From the NCBI GenBank assembly GCA_003280485.1, contig QCEU01000004.1, positions 16,436 through 80,435 on the forward strand: a stretch of DNA of 64,000 bases. The letters run 5' to 3'. Below the pieces are notes generated by a model. It was not told the origin of the DNA, made no database searches, and saw only the letters and a program-made list of their open reading frames with translations. The position numbers and the translations under genes are program-made. Position 1 is the first letter of the stretch, and each line of letters starts with the position of its first letter. Below are positions 60,061-64,000 of this stretch, piece after piece. This DNA comes from Pelagibacteraceae bacterium AG-359-O02 (lineage in GTDB: Bacteria; Pseudomonadota; Alphaproteobacteria; Pelagibacterales; Pelagibacteraceae).

Positions 60061-60534
60061 ATGAAATTATATAAGATTAAAAAGTCTGATATTGATAAAA
60101 AAGGTAAAGGACTTTACGCCACAAGAAACATAAGAGAAGGTGAAAAAATAATAGATTACATTGGAAAATTAATTACCAAAAAACAAACAGAGAATTCTGA
60201 TAAATACGATAATAGTAAACCAATATATTTATTTACAATTAATAAAAGATATGATCTCGATGGGGATTTCCCATGGAATACAGCTGGTCTAATAAATCAC
60301 TCATGTGAAAATAATTGTGACTACGATGGTAAGGGGCTTAAAATTTGGGTTAAAGCTATAAAAGATATTAAAAAAGGTGAGGAATTAACTTGTGACTATG
60401 GATTTGGTTACGACAAAGATTACAAACAATTTCCTTGTAAATGTAAGTCAAAAAATTGTTGTGGCTATATTGTAAGAGCAGAATCAAGGTGGAGAATTAA
60501 TAAAAAATTCTCAATGGGTAATAGGAAAAATTAG
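60061..60534 (+). CDS. SET-domain protein-lysine methyltransferase with post-SET Cys motif
   Basis: GKGLYA, INHSC, GEELTCDY, post-SET CKCKSKNC. Confidence 0.94.
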   Translation: MKLYKIKKSDIDKKGKGLYATRNIREGEKIIDYIGKLITKKQTENSDKYDNSKPIYLFTINKRYDLDGDFPWNTAGLINHSCENNCDYDGKGLKIWVKAIKDIKKGEELTCDYGFGYDKDYKQFPCKCKSKNCCGYIVRAESRWRINKKFSMGNRKN

Positions 60535-61271
60535 TATAAGACTTTTTTCAAAAATAATCCTTCTGGCGGTGCTGGCGGTGCGCATAAACTTCTATTTTTT
60601 GATTTAATTACGCTTGTAAATTTTTTTAATGTCCACTTTTTTTCACCAATATATTTTAAACAACCAACCATTGACCTAACTTGTTGTTTTAAAAATGATT
60701 GAGATCTAAACTCTAATTCAATTTTGTTTTTTATCTTTTTAATTTTAACTGATTTAATTGATCTTATTGGACTCTTTGCATTACATCCAGATGCTCTAAA
60801 AGTTGAAAAATCATGAGTTCCAATTAACTTTTTTGCTGCTTTTTTCATTATCTCTAATTCAAGATTTTTAATAACAAACCATCCTCGCTTATTTTGAAGG
60901 ATCGGTTTACTTAATTGATTGAAAATAACATATTTATAAACTCTCTCTTTTGCAGAAAAACGTGCATGGAATCTAATATTTTTTCTTTTTATTTTTAAAA
61001 TGGCTATTTCATATTTATTTAAAAAATAATTAATTGATTTTAAAAATTTATTTAAATTTTGGATTTTTTCAGCGACATCAAAATGTGCAGATTGCTCAAT
61101 TGCATGAACACCAGTATCTGTTCTTCCCGAACCAATAAGTGTAATTTTTTCATTTAAAAGATATGAGATTTTTTTTTGAATTAATCCTTGTATAGTTTTG
61201 CCTTTTGTTTGTATCTGCCAACCTATGAAAGAAGATCCAACATATTCAATTAGAATTTGATATCTGAACAT
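60531..61271 (-). CDS. truA: tRNA pseudouridine(38-40) synthase
   Basis: GWQ, SGRTDTGVHA, FHARF, GTHDF. Confidence 0.96.
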   Translation of the reverse strand: MFRYQILIEYVGSSFIGWQIQTKGKTIQGLIQKKISYLLNEKITLIGSGRTDTGVHAIEQSAHFDVAEKIQNLNKFLKSINYFLNKYEIAILKIKRKNIRFHARFSAKERVYKYVIFNQLSKPILQNKRGWFVIKNLELEIMKKAAKKLIGTHDFSTFRASGCNAKSPIRSIKSVKIKKIKNKIELEFRSQSFLKQQVRSMVGCLKYIGEKKWTLKKFTSVIKSKNRSLCAPPAPPEGLFLKKVLY

Positions 61272-61273
61272 CT

Positions 61274-62194
61274 TTAATTCAAATCAGTGCCTTTAGTAAT
61301 TTGGCTACCCCGCAGAAATTCCTTAGTTTTTTGAACTGTTTTACCTTGTCTTTGTATCTCAATGATCTTTATTGAATTTTCGCCACAACCAATTTCAAAA
61401 TTATCTGATAAGACATATCCTGATTTTCCACTCAAAATTGATTTTTCTGCTTTTAGTATCTTATATCTTTCACCTTTAAATTCAAACCAACCTCCTGGAT
61501 TAGGATATAGACCATTAATTTTTCCTATGATTTTTAAATTACTATCCTCCCAATTTATTTTTCCTTCTTCTTTTTTAATTTTTTTTGCATATGTAGATTT
61601 ACTATGATCTTGCTCTTTAAAAGAAACTTTATTATCCAATATATCATCGATATTTTGTAGAATTTTTTCAGATGCTAAATTACTTAATCTTTGAGAAAGA
61701 TCCTCACTATTTTCATTTTCTAAAATATTTATAGAATATTGATTACAGACGGGACCAGAATCTAAACCTTCATCAATTTTCATTATAGAAATACCTGTTG
61801 ATTTCTCACTGTTCATAATAGCTCTTTGAATGGGAGCAGCACCTCTTAATTTTGGTAAAAGTGAATAATGAATATTTATCCATCCATATTTTGGAATTTC
61901 TAAAATATCTTTTTTAAGAATTTGACCGTAGGCAACAACAATACCCAAACTTATATTTTGTTTCTTAAGAAAATTTTTTTCTTCAGTATTATCTAATTCA
62001 ATTGGAGTTCTAACAGGTATATTTAATATTTCAGCCATTATATGAACAGGTGACTTATTTAATCTATGCCCTCTATTCGATGCTACAGGTGGTTGAGTAT
62101 AAACAACCTCAATATCAAAACCATTTTGGTACAATGACTTGAGTATTTGCCCAGAAATAGTGGGTGTACCCATGAAAGCAATTTTTTTGCTCAT
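61274..62194 (-). CDS. fmt: Methionyl-tRNA formyltransferase
   Basis: FMGTP, VVAYGQIL, NIHYSLLPKLRGAAPIQ. Confidence 0.97.
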   Translation of the reverse strand: MSKKIAFMGTPTISGQILKSLYQNGFDIEVVYTQPPVASNRGHRLNKSPVHIMAEILNIPVRTPIELDNTEEKNFLKKQNISLGIVVAYGQILKKDILEIPKYGWINIHYSLLPKLRGAAPIQRAIMNSEKSTGISIMKIDEGLDSGPVCNQYSINILENENSEDLSQRLSNLASEKILQNIDDILDNKVSFKEQDHSKSTYAKKIKKEEGKINWEDSNLKIIGKINGLYPNPGGWFEFKGERYKILKAEKSILSGKSGYVLSDNFEIGCGENSIKIIEIQRQGKTVQKTKEFLRGSQITKGTDLN

Positions 62195-62715
62195 TAAACA
62201 ATAATTCTATCAGGAGGATTTTTTCTTTTTGATAATTTTTTAACAATCATTGTTTTTTTCAATTTTGACAAGTAATCTATAAATAAAATTCCTTCAAGAT
62301 GATCCATTTCATGTTGTATACAAGTTGCAAGAAGGCCATTGGCTTCTAAAATTTTATTTTCTCCATTATAATCTAAATATTTAACCTCACAATATTTTGG
62401 TCTGTCAACTTCTGCAAAATAATCTGGGACAGACAAACATCCCTCTTCATATGTTGTTTTTTCTTTATCTTTGTTTTCAATTATAGGGTTTACAAAATAC
62501 ATTGGATTTTTCTTTCCATCCTTTGAAATATCCATCACTATAATCCTTTTAGGAATACCAATTTGAATTGCTGCTAATCCAATACCATTAGCTGCATACA
62601 TTGTTTCCAACATGTCATCCATTAACTTTCTTTCTTCATTACCCACTATTGATACGGGTTTTGAGATTTGTCTTAAAATCTTGTTAGGCTCAGTTATAAT
62701 TTTTTTTATTGTCAT
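62194..62715 (-). CDS. def: Peptide deformylase
   Basis: GIGLAAIQ, EGCLS, QHEMDHL. Confidence 0.98.
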   Translation of the reverse strand: MTIKKIITEPNKILRQISKPVSIVGNEERKLMDDMLETMYAANGIGLAAIQIGIPKRIIVMDISKDGKKNPMYFVNPIIENKDKEKTTYEEGCLSVPDYFAEVDRPKYCEVKYLDYNGENKILEANGLLATCIQHEMDHLEGILFIDYLSKLKKTMIVKKLSKRKNPPDRIIV

Positions 62716-62731
62716 GATTGATTGAAGTATT

Positions 62732-64000
62732 TTAAACTTTTAATGGAAGAATTTCCAACAATAGTTCGTTTCTCAGGCTAATTAATTTTGTTCTATTCAT
62801 AATTTCAATTACAAAATTTAGTGACTCACTGTTTAATTCGTTTAATTCTTTTTCACCAATAATTTCAACTAATTTTAATAGTATCATGCCCGACTCCTTA
62901 TTCTCTATCATTTTGTCAATTTCTGAATTTAATTCAGATTTATATTGAGAGAGCTCATCAATTTGATCTATTTGAATTCCATCTGATCTCAATGATTGTA
63001 GTAATAGAATGTCTTTAAAGTCGAAGGAGTAATTTTTATCTTTTTTCATCTTTGACAACAAATTGTCAGTCAATTTTTGTGTTTTAGGTAAACTTTGCTT
63101 ATTCAAAAAATAATTTAATACTTTTGATTGATGAAAAACTTCATTATTAAACTTAATTTTATTTTTTTTGTTTTCTTCAGTAATTAAATTAGTTTGGTAG
63201 AATTCAGAAAACTTTGAAGGAATTTCTTTTTTATCCATTTTTTTTAATAACTTAGATAATTCATCGTCAAATGATTTTTTGAAATTTGATTTTTCAAAGG
63301 AATTATTCAATTTTAATAACAATGAAAGTTTATTTTCAAGATTATCAGTTAGTAAAAACCTCTGATACATTAAAGCTCTTCCTTCATAATCTGTTAAATT
63401 TTTTAATGTATCCTCATAATTAATAAGGTCATCAATCTCAAATTGGAATTTTTTATATAAATTCAATAGCTCTCTTTCATCAAAAATACCTTCACTGGTT
63501 GCTTTCTCTAAAAACTTTACCTGATCAATATCACTAAGATTAAAATCATTTAGATTTTTGAGTAATTTAGAATTAGACAAATATTTCCAAATGAATTCCT
63601 CGGACTCTACTGATGGATAGTATAGAAAATTCTTATCTGTTTTGTGAGATAAGTGAAAATAAAGAACATTATCATCAGATAATATAAAATTATTATCCTC
63701 ATATCCCATTAACACCTCAAACTTTTTAACAAAAAACTCATTAAAAGAATCTAGCTCAGAGTTAAGATCAAACAACAACTGAGCCTCATCTTTTTTATTC
63801 TGAGTTATTAAACAATAAATTTTAAAATATATTAAGTATTCATCGTTTATTAAACTTAAACTATCAATAGCAGAGCATGAATTTTCTATTTCGTTTAATG
63901 ACAAGTAATAATCAGCTACGTGTTTTATGAGTCTTTCTTTATCTTTTATTGATGAATTTTTTTGAATAAACTCCTCAACTAAATCAAAATCTTTTTTTTT
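62732..64000 (-). CDS. Hypothetical helical protein, 5' end outside window
   Basis: The frame stays open from the track TTG (63904) to the window edge (KKKDFDLVEEF...). No recognisable motif. Confidence 0.8.
   Translation of the reverse strand, partial: KKKDFDLVEEFIQKNSSIKDKERLIKHVADYYLSLNEIENSCSAIDSLSLINDEYLIYFKIYCLITQNKKDEAQLLFDLNSELDSFNEFFVKKFEVLMGYEDNNFILSDDNVLYFHLSHKTDKNFLYYPSVESEEFIWKYLSNSKLLKNLNDFNLSDIDQVKFLEKATSEGIFDERELLNLYKKFQFEIDDLINYEDTLKNLTDYEGRALMYQRFLLTDNLENKLSLLLKLNNSFEKSNFKKSFDDELSKLLKKMDKKEIPSKFSEFYQTNLITEENKKNKIKFNNEVFHQSKVLNYFLNKQSLPKTQKLTDNLLSKMKKDKNYSFDFKDILLLQSLRSDGIQIDQIDELSQYKSELNSEIDKMIENKESGMILLKLVEIIGEKELNELNSESLNFVIEIMNRTKLISLRNELLLEILPLKV

Noticed and set aside
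5491-61607. Many 60-130 aa antisense or alternate-frame ORFs rich in F/I/L/S
   Set aside because: They sit almost entirely inside well-supported genes, and their composition mirrors Lys/Asn/Glu codons on the opposite strand.

Overview
AT-rich, extremely gene-dense core-genome window from a SAR11 (Pelagibacterales) alphaproteobacterium. The call rests on the 16S sequence, including the SAR11-type 806R primer-site variant GGACTACGAGGGTATCTAAT at 2863-2882. The window opens with a minus-strand rRNA operon (16S, tRNA-Ile, tRNA-Ala, 5' part of 23S). About 60 housekeeping genes follow, covering translation, Arg/His/Trp/Lys/Phe biosynthesis, LPS/KDO, secA, accA/accD, malate synthase, dnaX-ybaB-recR, gcrA and rpmH-rnpA-yidD-yidC. 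There are three more tRNAs (His, Phe, Thr) and an SRP RNA. I saw no CRISPR array, integrase, transposase or prophage. The best candidates for undescribed biology are: (1) a three-nuclease cassette (ExoI/SbcB-like, MGME1-like PD-(D/E)XK, RmuC) sitting where alphaproteobacteria usually keep addAB; (2) an adjacent HDAC-family deacetylase and SET-domain methyltransferase pair; (3) a TrpB with natural substitutions at catalytic positions (E109D, S377C); (4) tRNA-His and SRP RNA ending 4-5 nt from the start codons of hisS and dnaX; (5) a candidate structured RNA between tRNA-His and the cold-shock gene; (6) a tail-anchored AccA; (7) no glycine riboswitch before glcB. All functional calls come from motif recognition by eye, and no database searches were run.
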